Shown piece after piece: positions 1-12,800 of a stretch of DNA of 64,000 nucleotides (the first letter of the stretch is position 1; each line of letters begins with the position of its first letter). The notes beneath the pieces are model-generated. The model had not been told where the DNA came from and made no database searches. It was given only the letters and a program-made list of their open reading frames with translations. The DNA is from Macrostomum lignano (taxonomy: Eukaryota), in contig NIVC01000343.1 of NCBI GenBank assembly GCA_002269645.1, positions 227,273-291,272 of the forward strand, in the 5' to 3' direction. The translations under genes and the position numbers were made by a program.

Positions 1-642
1 CTTAACAAGCGACTCAACTGCACTGACGACCCGTTTGCCTTCAACCGGCTTGGATGCCTAAAAATACCCGAGTCGAATAATTACTTAGATATGCTGGCCA
101 AGCTGCACAACTACGTACAGGTGCGCCAGGGAGCTCTCAACTCGGAAGAGCTCCGCTCGGGGTGCAATCTGCCTAACTGCGAGGAGACGCACTACGGCAC
201 GTCCTTCTCATATTCTCCCTGGCTCATTAACGACTTCCAGTGGCAATGGGCTATCCACAAGCTGCTGTTTAATCGGAAAGGCACACTGGACTACCTGCAG
301 CACGCTGAAAATGAATCCTACATAGAAAATCCAACGTATGAGTTCAACGAGTACAGTAGCATAATGCGGAGTGTTAACGTCTACCGCGAGAACAGCTACG
401 TTACCATTAACGAGGAGGTTGAGCTGACAACCGTGTCAAATCTGATCTCCTCGGTTGGTGGCATCATGTCCATCTACGTTGGCATCACGTTCACTCTGGT
501 GGCGGAGTTTTTTGACTTTCTGTTCTGCGTGGCCAGGGCGGCCGCCCTACGCTCAAGAAAGGCGGCTCCAGCTGAACCGTCTGATGACAGAGTGTTCACC
601 ATGCGGGAGGAATCAGTGGATACGGTGAAGACAGAAACTTAA
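1..642 (+). CDS. DEG/ENaC (amiloride-sensitive sodium channel family) subunit, C-terminal part; 5' end lies outside the window
   Basis: Frame 1 is open from base 1 to TAA at 640-642. It contains a Cys-rich late extracellular segment, VNVYRENSYVTINEE, and a pre-TM2/TM2 signature (LISSVGGIMSIYVGITFTLVAEFFDFLF) resembling the ENaC consensus L.S.IGG.LGL..G.S..T..E. AATAAA-type signals follow in the 3' UTR. Confidence 0.85.
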   Translation, partial: LNKRLNCTDDPFAFNRLGCLKIPESNNYLDMLAKLHNYVQVRQGALNSEELRSGCNLPNCEETHYGTSFSYSPWLINDFQWQWAIHKLLFNRKGTLDYLQHAENESYIENPTYEFNEYSSIMRSVNVYRENSYVTINEEVELTTVSNLISSVGGIMSIYVGITFTLVAEFFDFLFCVARAAALRSRKAAPAEPSDDRVFTMREESVDTVKTET

Positions 643-1899
643 CCATCAAGGATAAATGAAACCTGGCTAATGAAACGTTAATAAAAAGCTAACCTGCAGT
701 GACTAACGACCCACTGATAAACTACAAAAGAATGGATGCAGTTATGTAGTACAATGATATTATTCAATTCCAAATATAGAAAGTTATGCAATGAATAATA
801 AAGGCAAATACATCTGAAATTACTTTTAAACTAGAGTACATCAGTATCAAAAGCAAAGTATATTTTAGCTCGTAACCATCGCGGTACAGTATTAACTGCG
901 GCAACTTTTTTTTGTTTAAAGCGAGAGCCATGAAAAAAGCATTACACTAAAGTGTGACCAATTATCCACCAGTACAGGCATATAAACATTCAAAGTACAC
1001 GAAAAACAGTATTAGCAAGTCTCGGATGGGATGAACTATCGCAACTGATACGGTAGTCATATTCAAATATTTGCACTAAGCTTATTCAACTGCTGAAATT
1101 GATGCATATGAGCATCCTTATTCATCGTAAAATCAATGACTATTAGACAAATTATCTCATAAAATATTTATTATTAGCAGAAAGACACGAATCAATCCAT
1201 TAACGTGGCGCTGCCATATAGATATCCATGGAAACGGCACGTTTTTAAACTCTCGTTTTCCATGAAAGTAAAATAGTACGACAGAATTGGGTAGACAAAA
1301 ATAAACTGAATCAGTACAAAACCTAATAGAAAGCCCACAGGAAACTTTCTGTTAGAAGAGCAAAGTACAAGGATTTGCCAATCGAATTAACTGGTGCATG
1401 CGGCACCCAAGTTTAGTTGCAGAAGGCACTAAGCAAGCAAAACTCTATATTTACATTGCAGTTGAACTTTTCCAGAGGCAGCAATAAAACAGCCGACTTC
1501 CAACCAGAAGACCAACAGAGAGAAATCATTTTCTGAACGGAATAAATGCAATCCAAATGTCCGTGCCACATAAAAATGTCCCTCGCTTCTGTAGCAGCAA
1601 TTCATTGCATAATCCGCTCAGCTGTGATGGGCATTTGTACCGGTAGCGAGAAATTCTGACTATTCAAATCTATATCCATTTGGCTGTCTGTCTGCCCGTC
1701 GAACTTTTCACCCGGAATTTCGCCCGGAATTTTTTGCGTTCACCCGGAATTTTTTCCTATTCCAGTAATGCAATCTGATCCGGGTGGAAATTCCGGATCT
1801 GTAACGAAAGTTTACAGAATCCGGGCGAAATTTCCGGATCAAAAAGAAAAATTCCGGAAAATAGACCCGGATCGCTAAAAAAAATCCGGTGACTGTTCC

Positions 1900-2480
1900 G
1901 GGTGCGATCCGGGCGAGTGGAACGGATCAGCACACAAATCCGGGCTAAATTCCGGGCGACGAAAACCGGATCAACACACAATTCCGGGCGAGTGAACCGG
2001 AACAGCACACAAATCCGGGCTAATTCCGGGCGAGTGAACCGGATCAGCACACAAATCCGGGCTAATTCTGGGCGAGTGAACCGGATCAGCACACAATTCC
2101 GGGCGAGTGAACCGGATCAGCACACAATTCCGGGCGAGTGAACCGGATCAGCACACAATTCCGGGCGAGTGAACCGGATCAGCACACAATTCCGGGCGAG
2201 TGAACCGGATCAGCACACAAATCCGGGCGAGTGAACCGGATCAGCACACAATTCCGGGCGAGTGAACCGGATCAGCACACAAATCCGGGCTAATTCCGGG
2301 CGAGTGAACCGGATCAGCACACAAATCCGGGCTAATTCCGGGCGAGTGAACCGGATCAGCACACAAATCCGGGCTAATTCCGGGCGAGTGAACCGGATCA
2401 GCACACAAATCCGGGCGAATTCCGGGAGAGTGAACCGGATTAGCACACGAATCCAGGTGAATTCTGGATGATTGAACCGG
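1900..2480 (+). repeat. Left subterminal tandem array (30-42 bp units, GGGCGAGTGAACCGGATCAGCACACAA...)
   Basis: Tandem units are directly visible; the ORFs over this region are repeat translations. Confidence 0.95.
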
Positions 2481-3045
2481 ATTTGCAGCCAAATCTTAGG
2501 CTTATCACAGTAGCAGAAAATTAAATAAAGAACGGGTCATTGTTCCATACATTTTCCACGACTACGAATTGAATCGAATTCGATTTAGCCGTCCACGAAC
2601 AGAAATACTGAATTCAGTTGTGCACAACTGCAAATCGTATATTTCTATGCACTTCTACGTACTTTCAGAAACAAAAAATGCTGACCTTCTGAATGTCACT
2701 CGGATGGGCAGCTGGACTTCGATGCTACCATCAACTTTTTTTGAAGCCGTATACGGTTTTATATACCTTATCGCGACATTGGCTGCTCTTCAGGGATCCC
2801 CATCGCCTACCTCTGATTGCATCTGTCAGGTGGGTCACTCGCTATACAGCTAATTAGCTAGTTAACTCAAGTCAGCTGACTTGTCTATTCACTTGCTTAA
2901 GAATTGTAAAGATCTCCGCAAAAATTAAGGAACGACTTTTGTCTCATTTTCCAGGACCTATCAGGGCTCATAAATGTAGACAGCCAATGTCTCGAAGAGC
3001 GTTTCTAATGAAATCGAATCCAGCAAATTTGGCCTTAACAAAAAG

Positions 3046-3903
3046 CTAGAAATTAATTGCAAATAAATGCGGTGGTGGTGTTATGCACTCGATCTTGGAC
3101 ATCGCCCGCATTTCACTCCTCGAGTAGCTCGCGGTCTGGAAATATATGTTTCCAGAAGTCGGCCCCTCATTTTCGGCAGCACTGGCGATTCGTCGCGCCT
3201 TCACCTGGTCCGCCTTCTTTTGCCGCTCTGCGGCTGGCCGAGATTGAAAGAGCACTGCCTGGCTTCTCGCCACGGTCGTGTCGGATTCCGACGAGCTCGT
3301 AGCGGAGATAGCTTCCAATCGAAGAACTTCAGCTTTCATCTGACGATTTTCGGCTTGAGCCTCCGACAGCTTTTCACGAACTCCGCTCAATTGATGGCCT
3401 ATTAAGTACATAAAAATGAGGAGAGTGGCGAAGCAGATTCAAACTTAAGAATCAACAACACTTATATATATACGAGGCTGCTAACGTCTTCTAGTATATG
3501 CATAAAAAACTTACACAGTTCGTCCTCGGCTTCGCCTTGGGCCCGAATCTGATCCATCATTGTGGTGCATGACGGGCATCGTGACGGCTGCGGTTGCTGC
3601 GATGGCACACGCGCCAAAGCAGTCGCTTCAATCGCTTGGGCCTTTCTATCCAAAGGCCCCTTCCAGAGAGTGGCGGAATACCGGGATCCGGTACTCTTGT
3701 TAGCAGCCGTGACAACGTGATCTGCTCACGGCTGGTGCAACTGCAAACGCCTTAGACAAACCAATGGAGCATGTACCGACAAAAATCGGATTAGCGTCTA
3801 TCTTAATAGGAAAGCTGCTTTGCATACTGGGCCAGTTAGAGCTATTTGGAACCATGCCACAGTCTCCGTCTAGACACCCAGCTGTGCCAAACAATATGGT
3901 TGG
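3046..3903 (-). CDS. Putative spliced accessory (non-transposase) gene inside the CACTA-like element; CxxC plus coiled-coil protein
   Basis: Phase-consistent exons ~3903-3777, 3721-3515 and 3398-~3049; introns GTACAT...GAGCAG (55 bp) and GTAAGT...TAATAG (116 bp), both phase 1. The joined product includes LDGDCGMVPNSSNWP, RCPSC and ELCHQLSGVREKLSEAQAENRQMKAEVLRLE. Start and 3' end are uncertain. Confidence 0.5.
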
Positions 3904-4284
3904 CTGATTTTATGCTTCTAAGCGTCAAATATGACGATAGAATCATTCAGCCCGTTGACACACTAAGCAGCTGTGATAGACTACATGCCAGTGGAAGTCA
4001 AACCTCTCGCACACAAACAGGGCGCAACAATTTTTCAATTGTCACCTGTACGGAGGATGGGCTCAGCCTCACATTACGGACGCTACAGAGCCGCCGAAAA
4101 GCAGATCAATTCACATTGCAATTTCGAGGCTTTATTACCCCTCGCTTTCCAAGAGGAATTAGCGCCGTTGACCAAATGGATGCCAGGGATTGCCTGATGG
4201 GATAGCCATTTGCTGGGGTCTGTATTCAGCGGTTTTCCATCGGAGGCTTCCTCTCAAAATCCCCATGGAACTTATATAATGGAT

Positions 4285-5040
4285 GCCGGATTGATTCCGA
4301 CTCAAGTCCCAAAATTTTCCCGGATCAGCTTCGCCCGGAACTTGGCTGAAATTCGGGTCAAGGGAGCTGATCCGGGTGAATTTTCCGGATCAGTTGGTCC
4401 GGATCACTAGGGAATTCCGACTCAAGTCCCGAAATGTTCCCGGATCAGCTTCGCCCGGAACTTGGCTGAAATTCGGGTCAAGGGAGCTGATCCGGGTGAA
4501 TTTTCCGGATCAGTTGGTCCGGATCACTAGGGAATTCCGACTCAAGTCCCGAAATGTTCCCGGATCAGCTTCGCCCGGAACTTGGCTGAAATTCGGGTCA
4601 AGGGAGCTGATCCGGGTGAATTTTCCGGATTATTTGGTCCGGATCGCTAGGGAATTCCGACTCAAGTCCCGAAATTTTCCCGGATCAGCTTCGCCCGGAA
4701 CTTGGCTGAAATTCGGGTCAAGGGAGCTGATCCGGGTGAATTTTCCGGATTATTTGGTCCGGATCGCTAGGGAATTCCGACTCAAGTCCCGAAATTTTCC
4801 CGGATCAGCTTCGCCCGGAACTTGGCTGAAATTCGGGTCAAGGGAGCTGATCCGGGTGAATTTTCCGGATCAGTTGGTCCGGATCACTAGGGAATTCCGA
4901 CTCAAGTCCCGAAATGTTCCCGGATCAGCTTCGCCCGGAACTTGGCTGAAATTCGGGTCAAGGGAGCTGATCCGGGTGAATTTTCCGGATCAGTTGGTCC
5001 GGATCAATGGAGAATTCCGACTCAATTCCCGAAATCTCAC
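4285..5040 (+). repeat. Right subterminal array, about 6 copies of a 120-bp unit
   Basis: Near-identical 120-bp period (GGAATTCCGACTCAAGTCCCGAAA...) visible by eye. Confidence 0.95.
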
Positions 5041-5309
5041 CCGGAACATTTTCACCCGGAACACTACTGAAATTCGGGTCTACACCCAGAATTCCATAGT
5101 GTTCCGGGTGAAAAATTCCGGAAAATCAGACCGGAACAGCTTTCCTTTTCCCGAAAATTTTCCGGATCATATTTCCGGATTTTTTTCCGGAACAAGGGGC
5201 TGTTCCGGGCCAAAAAAGCTGATCCGGGCCTTCACCCGGAAATCAATTAAAAATCGGGCCCGGATCACAAAATTCCGGAAAAAATTCCGGGTGAAACGTT
5301 CGACGGGTG

Positions 5310-5690
5310 TCTTAGTGTTTGTCTGCTGATCTTCCTGTCTGTCTGTCTGTCTGTCTGTCTTCCTGTCTGTTGTCTGTCTGTCTGTCTTCCTGTCTGTCTG
5401 TCTGTCTGTCTGTCTTAGTGTTTGTCTGCTGATCTTCCTGTCTGTCTGTCTGTCTGTCTGTCTTCCTGTCTGTTGTCTGTCTGTCTGTCTTCCTGTCTGT
5501 CTGTCTGTCTGTCTGTCTTAGTGTTTGTCTGCTGATCTTCCTGTCTGTCTGTCTGTCTTCCTGTCTGTCTGTCTGTCTTCCTGTATGTCTGTCTGTCTGT
5601 CTTAGTGTTTGTCTGCTGATCTTCCTGTCTGTCTGTCTGTCTTCCTGTCTGTCTGTCTGTCTGTCCGTCCGTCCGTCTATCTGCCCGGCT
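5310..5690 (+). repeat. Compound (GTCT)n microsatellite
   Basis: GTCT runs interrupted by TCTTCC and TTAGTGTTTG spacers. Confidence 0.95.
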
Positions 5691-5734
5691 ATCTGTTCGC
5701 ACATTGACACCCGGCTTTCAGCTATGAATTGGAA

Positions 5735-6578
5735 TCAGTTCCCAGCGGCGGTGGCAGACGCGGACACAATCAGCGCGGCCAGGCGAGCGCAGAACAAATC
5801 GCAATCCTCGCCGCACTCGTCAATCAAACGGCGAGGCGCATCGCCGAGTCGAACGGCGGCGTCGCCGTCTGTCAATAGCAGCGAGTCGGGTGACGTCCGG
5901 CCGACTGCCCAGAGCTCGGCGGCCAGCTGGTCCCGAAGCCGGTCGTGGCCGCCGTCAAGCAGAGCGTCGATCAGCAGGCGGGCCAGGCGCGGCAGCAGGC
6001 GCTGGCGGACAGCCGGCCGATCGTGCAGGCGACGGCGCTCGCGCAGCGATCGGAACAGGCCGAGCGCCAGCTGGCAGGTGGCCGGGTGCGGATCGGACAG
6101 GCCGGCGCACAGGCAGTCCAGCAGGCCGAACAGCTCCTCGGGTGGCGGCGGCTCGCTGGCTGACTGCTCCTGCTGCTGCTGCTGCAGAAGTACAAAAAGT
6201 GCACAAGAAAGTGTCAGTACATAATGCGATTCCCACCCGTGAGGGCCAACCTCCATAGCACAGAGGATGTACATGCCAAACGATTAGAAAGTCAAAGAAT
6301 CATTCAGGTACACCCTGTGTGAGCGCGTGTACAAGTGCGTGCCTGCGTACAGTATTGGCGCGCTTGCGTGTGCTCAGGAGTCAGCGGGATGTGCAGAACT
6401 GCCGTCAGCGCGCAGCCTCACTGCGAATACTGATTTTCTATCAAGTTAAGATGCCGCATATAAAACTGGAGCATGGCTACCTCATTATTAAACTATCAAG
6501 CGAAGAAGCCTAAAAATTATTTATTGTATTCTTTGTAAGCTTGTACTGCAGTACAAGAGGATTTTAAATTTTACACAA

Positions 6579-6619
<41 letters not shown>

Positions 6620-6638
6620 GGCAGACAGACAAACAGAA

Positions 6639-6683
<45 letters not shown>

Positions 6684-6758
6684 GGCAGACAGACAAACAG
6701 AAAGACAGACAGACAGACAGACAGACAGACAGGCAGGCAGACAGACAGACAGACAGGC

Positions 6759-6823
<65 letters not shown>

Positions 6824-6842
6824 GGCAGACAGACAAACAGAA

Positions 6843-6883
<41 letters not shown>

Positions 6884-9800
6884 GGCAGACAGACAAACAG
6901 AAAGACAGACAGACAGACAGACAGACAGACAGGCAGGCAGACAGACAGACAGACAGGCAGACAGACAGACAGACAGACAGACAGACAGGCAGGCAGGCAG
7001 GCAGGCAGACAGACAGACAGGCAGACAGATAGCTAGCTAGATAGATACAAGTAGCTTAGGTCAGCCACAATATCAACACAAACCTCGCCACCCTCAGCCC
7101 GCTGCAGCTGCAGCAGGCGCCGCGAAGCCAGCGTTGATCCTCCGGCCGTGCCAGACGCCTCCAGCTGGAAGAACAGCGGCCAGTGTGACAGCAGACAGTC
7201 GTGCGCCAGGCTGAGCAGCTTGCAGCGCAGGTCCGGATCGCCGCTGGACCAGGCCGCCTGGCGCATCGGGCCGAGGGCCGCGCGGATCACCTGAGAGAAA
7301 TAACGGCTTGACTCATTAATCTCTGCTTTTAATTCGCTCTTTCACCAGCATGAATGGATTCAATTTTTCCGATACATCCTAAATACTCCGTATGTTTATT
7401 TGCTACTCCCTGTCTTCATTCATTCCGCTACTGTCTGTCTTCATTCATTCCGCTACTGTCTGTCTTCATTCATTCCGCTACTGTCTGTCTTCATTCATTC
7501 CGCTACTGTCTGTCTTCATTCATTCCGCTACTGTCTGTCTTCATTCATTCCGCTACTGTCTGTCTTCATTCATTCCGCTACTGTCTGTCTTCATTCATTC
7601 CGCTACTGTCTGTCTTCATTCATTCCGCTACTGTCTGTCTTCATTCATTCCGCTACTGTCTGTCTTCATTCATTCCGCTACTGTCTGTCTTCATTCATTC
7701 CGCTACTGTCTGTCTTCATTCATTCCGCTACTGTCTGTCTTCATTCATTTCGCTACTGTCTGTCTTCATTCATTCCACTACTGTCTGTCTTCATTCATTT
7801 CGCTACTGTCTGTCTTTATTCATTCCGCTACTGTCTGTCTTCATTCATTCCGCTACTGTCTGTCTTCATTCATTCCGCTACTGTCTGTCTTCATTCATTC
7901 TGCTACTCCCTGTCTTCATTCATTCCGCTACTGTCTGTCTTCATTCATTTCGCTACTGTCTGTCTTCATTCATTCCACTACTGTCTGTCTTCATTCATTC
8001 CGCTACTGTCTGTCTTCATTCATTCCGCTACTGTCTGTCTTCATTCATTCCGCTACTGTCTGTCTTCATTCATTCCGCTACTGTCTGTCTTCATTCATTC
8101 CACTACTGTCTGTCTTCATTCATTCCGCTACTGTCTGTCTTCATTCATTCCGCTACTCCCTGTCTTCATTCCGCTACTCCCTGTCTTCATTCATTCCGCT
8201 ACTCCCTGTCTTCATTCATTCCGCTACTCTATATGATACTGCATAAATGTAGGCAAAAAGTTCACCTGCGGCGCCATCTCGCGAAATGGTTTCCTAGTTT
8301 CCATAGCAACCAGCGCAAGCAGATCCAGAGCCAAATCTAGCCAGCGCAAATCTGCGGCCTGCAGCTGCATAACGGAGTCCAACACGGGCGCCAGCTGCTG
8401 CGGACCGAGCAGATGGCGGAAGGCGCGGCACCAGGCCAACAGGAGGCGCAGCGCGGGTCCCGCCAGCGTCGGATCCGACAAGACGCCTGGCGCCGATGCC
8501 AGACGGGCTGGCAGGTCGCGAAGGCGGGCAAAGTTTGCCGCTCGCACTTTGGCGGCCGATTCGCCAACGGAGTCGCAGACGGCGGCCAGACTGTCTAGGG
8601 AGCAGCGACGAATCTCGGCAGCAACTTCGGCGGCAGCAAGGCTGGCGATCTGCGTTGTAAATTTATTTTAATTTCAATTTCAAATCTACTTGGCTACTTG
8701 TAACAACATTTTAAGCTTTCGGTAACTGCCGCAATAAAGGGGACTGACTGTCAACCTGCAGCACCAAAGGGGCTTTAGCATCAAGGGGTTTAGCATCAAG
8801 GGGCTTTAGCCAGAACCAAGGGGCTTTAGCTTGAACCAAGGGGCTTTAGCTTGAACCAAGGGGCTTTAGCTTGAACCAAGGGGCTTTAGCTTGAACCAAG
8901 GGCCTTAGGGGCTTTAGCCAGAACCAAGGGGCTTTAGCTTGAACCAAGGGGCTTTAGCTTGAACCAAGGGGCTTAGGGGCTTTAGCCAGAACCAAGGGGC
9001 TTTAGCTTGAACCAAGGGGCTTTAGCTTGAACCAAGGGGCTTTAGCTTGAACCAAGGGGCTTTAGCTTGAACCAAGGGGCTTTAGCTTGAACCAAGGGGC
9101 TTAGGGGCTTTAGCCAGAACCAAGGGGCTTTAGTTTGAACCAAGGGGCTTTAGCTTGAACCAAGGGGCTTAGGGGCTTTAGCCAGAACCAAGGGGCTTTA
9201 GCTTGAACCAAGGGGCTTTAGCTTGAACCAAGGGGCTTTAGCTTGAACCAAGGGGCTTTAGCTTGAACCAAGGGGCTTTAGCTTGAACCAAGGGGCTTTA
9301 GCTTGAACCAAGGGGCTTTAGCTTGAACCAAGGGGCTTAGGGGCTTTAGCCAGAACCAAGGGGCTTTAGCCAGAACCAAGGGGCTTTAGCCAGAACCAAG
9401 GGGCTTTAGCCAGAATCAAGGGGCTTTAGCCAGAACCAAGGGGCTTTAGCCAGAACCAAGGGGCTTTAGCTTGAACCAAGGGGCTTAGGGGCTTTAGCCA
9501 GAACCAAGGGGCTTTAGCCAGAACCAAGGGGCTTTAGCCAGAACCAAGGGGCTTTAGCCAGAACCAAGGGGCTTTAGCCAGAACCAAGGGGCTTTAGCCA
9601 GAACCAAGGGGCTTTAGCCAGAACCAAGGGGCTTTAGCCAGAACCAAGGGGCTTTAGCCAGAACCAAGGGGCTTTAGCTTGAACCAAGGGGCTTTAGCCA
9701 GAACCAAGGGGCTTTAGCCAGAACCAAGGGGCTTAGGGGCTTTAGCCAGAACCAAGGGGCTTTAGCCAGAACCAAGGGGCTTTAGCCAGAACCAAGGGGC

Positions 9801-12800
9801 TTTAGCACGAATCAAGGGGCTTTAGCCAGAACCAAGGGGCTTTAGCCAGAACCAAGGGGCTTTAGCTTGAACCAAGGGGCTTAGGGGCTTTAGCCAGAAC
9901 CAAGGGGCTTTAGCCAGAACCAAGGGGCTTTAGCCAGAACCAAGGGGCTTTAGCCAGAACCAAGGGGCTTTAGCCAGAACCAAGGGGCTTTAGCCAGAAC
10001 CAAGGGGCTTTAGCCAGAACCAAGGGGCTTTAGCCAGAACCAAGGGGCTTTAGCCAGAACCAAGGGGCTTTAGCTTGAACCAAGGGGCTTTAGCCAGAAC
10101 CAAGGGGCTTTAGCCAGAACCAAGGGGCTTTAGCCAGAACCAAGGGGCTTTAGCCAGAACCAAGGGGCTTAGGGGCTTTAGCCAGAATCAAGGGGCTTTA
10201 GCCAAAACAAAGGGTGCCAGCACCAAGGGTCGCAAGACCCAAGGGTCGCAAGACCCAAGGGTCGCAAGATCACCAAGGGGCGCCAGAACCAAAGGGCGCC
10301 AGAATCGGGGAGGTCCCTGCCTCCTGGATCCTGACCTACTACAGTTGCTGGACATCTAAGCTGTGATCGAGTGCAACTACTTTTTATCGCCATCTCTCAC
10401 CGCAGAGTCCAGCAGGCCGGCCAGCGCCTGTTCAGAGTCGATAGCGGCAGCCAGGGCGGACATCAGCCTGGCCTGAGCGTCCGGCGGCATACCGCGCGAC
10501 TGGAAACCGTCGCGAGCAAACTCGGCCAGCAGGCCGGACAGTTGAACGGAGCTGGCCAGATCTGGCCGACGGGCCAGGACAGCTGCGATTAGTTCGGCAG
10601 AGCAGAGATGAAGACGGGAGGAGACTGCAAAATGGGGCATGGGGTTGGTGAAATTCAATTTTAATAGCTCATTTTGATTTTCTACAGTTTTAAGCTAAAA
10701 ATATTACAGCTGCATATTTGACCTATATATTGTATATGTCAATCAGTATTTGGCAGCCAGTCTCACCCTGCGCCTGTGCACCGCCGCAGTCGGCCAGAAG
10801 GCAGCCGACGGCCACGGCCAGAGCCGGAGTCGGGTCCTCAGGCTGGCAGGCAGCCAAGCCAAGCAGCAGGCCGCACTGAGCGTCAGCTAAAGCGGCGGCA
10901 ATGGCCGGCCAGGCGGCGGCCGACTCGGCTGGCCGGGCGCCACGCTCGGCAGCAGCCAGGAGGAGTTCGGCCAGGCCGGCCGGCGGGTAGGGCAGCTGAC
11001 GCAGGTAGGCCAGGTTCGAGCGCAGGTCGCGAAGGGCGCAGTGCAGCTTTTGAAGGTCGTGCTCGCGGACACGGGCGCCTTCGCCCAGCTGCTGATGATA
11101 GGCCTGCAGGGTGGCGGCCAGCTCGCGGGCAATGAGGGCGCTGACCTGGTTTGGGCAGGCGCGTGTGGATGATCTAATGACTTTCTAATGATCTAATGAA
11201 TTTCTAATGATCTAATGACTTTCTAATGATCTAATGACTTTCTAATGATCTAATGACTTTCTAATGATCTAATGACTTTCTAATGATCTAATGAATTTCT
11301 AATGATCTAATGACTTTCTAATGATCTAATGACTTTCTAATGATCTAATGACTTTCTAATGATCTAATGACTTTCTAATGACTAGAATGACTTTCTAATG
11401 ATCTAATGAGACTGCAGAATAATCTGATGAGATTCCAGAATAATCTAATGAAACTCAAGAATGATCTTATGGGATTCCAGAATAATCTAATGAGACTCCA
11501 GAATGATCTTATGGGATTCCAGAAAATCTAATGAGACTCCAGAGTAATCTAACGAGACCGCATAATTTTTTAATGACCCCATAATAATCTGATGAGATTC
11601 CAGAGTAATCTAATTAGACTGCAGAATAATCCAATGAGACTGCAGAATAATCTAATGAGACTCGAGAATAATCTAATTTAACACTAATAAACTAACGTGT
11701 CGTTTATAATACTTGATTGCGAATATTCTATAATGATCTAATGCGACCCTAATGATCTAATACGGTCCTGATTATCTAATTTGACCCAAATAACCTAATG
11801 CGATTCTAATGATCTAATGCGGCGACTTTAAGATCTAATACATGCATCTATGCAATGCTAATAAATGGCTAAAAACCCACGCGACAGCATGACCCTGTCA
11901 GCAAATACCTGCTCAGGCTGAAGCTGGGCCACCAGATGAAGCAGATCGCAGGTCAGTCTCAGCAGCACCTGCATCTCACTGTCCTCGCCGCCATCGTCAA
12001 GGCCGTCTAAGAAATTCTGATTGGCCCGGAATTGGCTTTTCCAATAGGCGGTGCCGGTGGCCTCCAGTAGGGCGGCACGCGTCGAGTTCAGGACCTCCGG
12101 ATCCTACGAGGATTAAAGCGTTGACTTGTAGAGTTCCAATATTTTAAACTAAAGCTTTCAATTTCCTAATACTACTTGTTAGTAACACCCTAACAAACGC
12201 AAAAAATTTCCCACCACAAGAAAAAATCATCACAAACGTGAAGTCCCCAAAACATGAAAAATACTCAAAACGTCAAGAAATCCCCAAAAACATAAAGAAA
12301 TCCTCAAAAAACATGAAGAAATCCCCAAAAAACATGAAGAAATCCCAAAAAAACATGAAGAAATCCCCATAAACATAAAGAAATCCTCACAAACATGAAG
12401 AAATCCCAACAAACATGAAAAAATCCCCACAAACATGATAAAAATTCCAACTAACATGAAAAATCCCCACAAACATGAAGAAATCCCCACAAACATGAAG
12501 AAATCCTCACAAACATGAAGAAATCCCAACAAACATGAAGAAATCCCCACAAACATGAAAAAAAACCCACAAACATGAAGAATCCCCAGAGACATGAAGA
12601 CATCCCCAGAGACATGAAGAAATCCCCACAAACATGAAGAAATGCCCACAGACATGAAGAAATGCCCACAGACATGAAGAAATCCCCACAAACATGAAGA
12701 AATCCCAACAAACATGAAAAAATCCCCACAAACATGATAAAAATTCCAACTAAAACATGAAAAAATCCCCACAAACATGAAGAAATCCCCACAAACATGA

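Larger units (their letters stand above)
1695..5307. mobile_element. Non-autonomous TIR DNA transposon, CMC/CACTA(EnSpm)-like, 3.6 kb
   Basis: 26-bp TIRs with 1 mismatch: CCCGTCGAACTTTTCACCCGGAATTT at 1695 and its reverse complement ending at 5307. CCC...GGG termini, 2-bp TSD TG/TG, and long CCGG-rich subterminal repeat blocks at both ends. No transposase motifs recognised. Confidence 0.8.

Noticed and set aside
4285-5040. CRISPR-like periodic array
   Set aside because: Units are full tandem repeats without unique spacers, there are no cas genes, and the context is eukaryotic; it is a transposon subterminal array.
7354-8340. Long ORFs (328, 284 and 278 aa) of repetitive hydrophobic sequence
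   Set aside because: They are translations of a 25-bp intronic minisatellite open in all three frames. The same applies to the ORFs at 1757-2492, 4376-5329, 12230-13197, 14318-15170, 53815-54450, 56348-56815, 61151-62321 and 62756-63427.
8770-10205. Telomere-like TTAGGGG motifs
   Set aside because: They are part of a 20-bp intronic minisatellite, not tandem TTAGGG.
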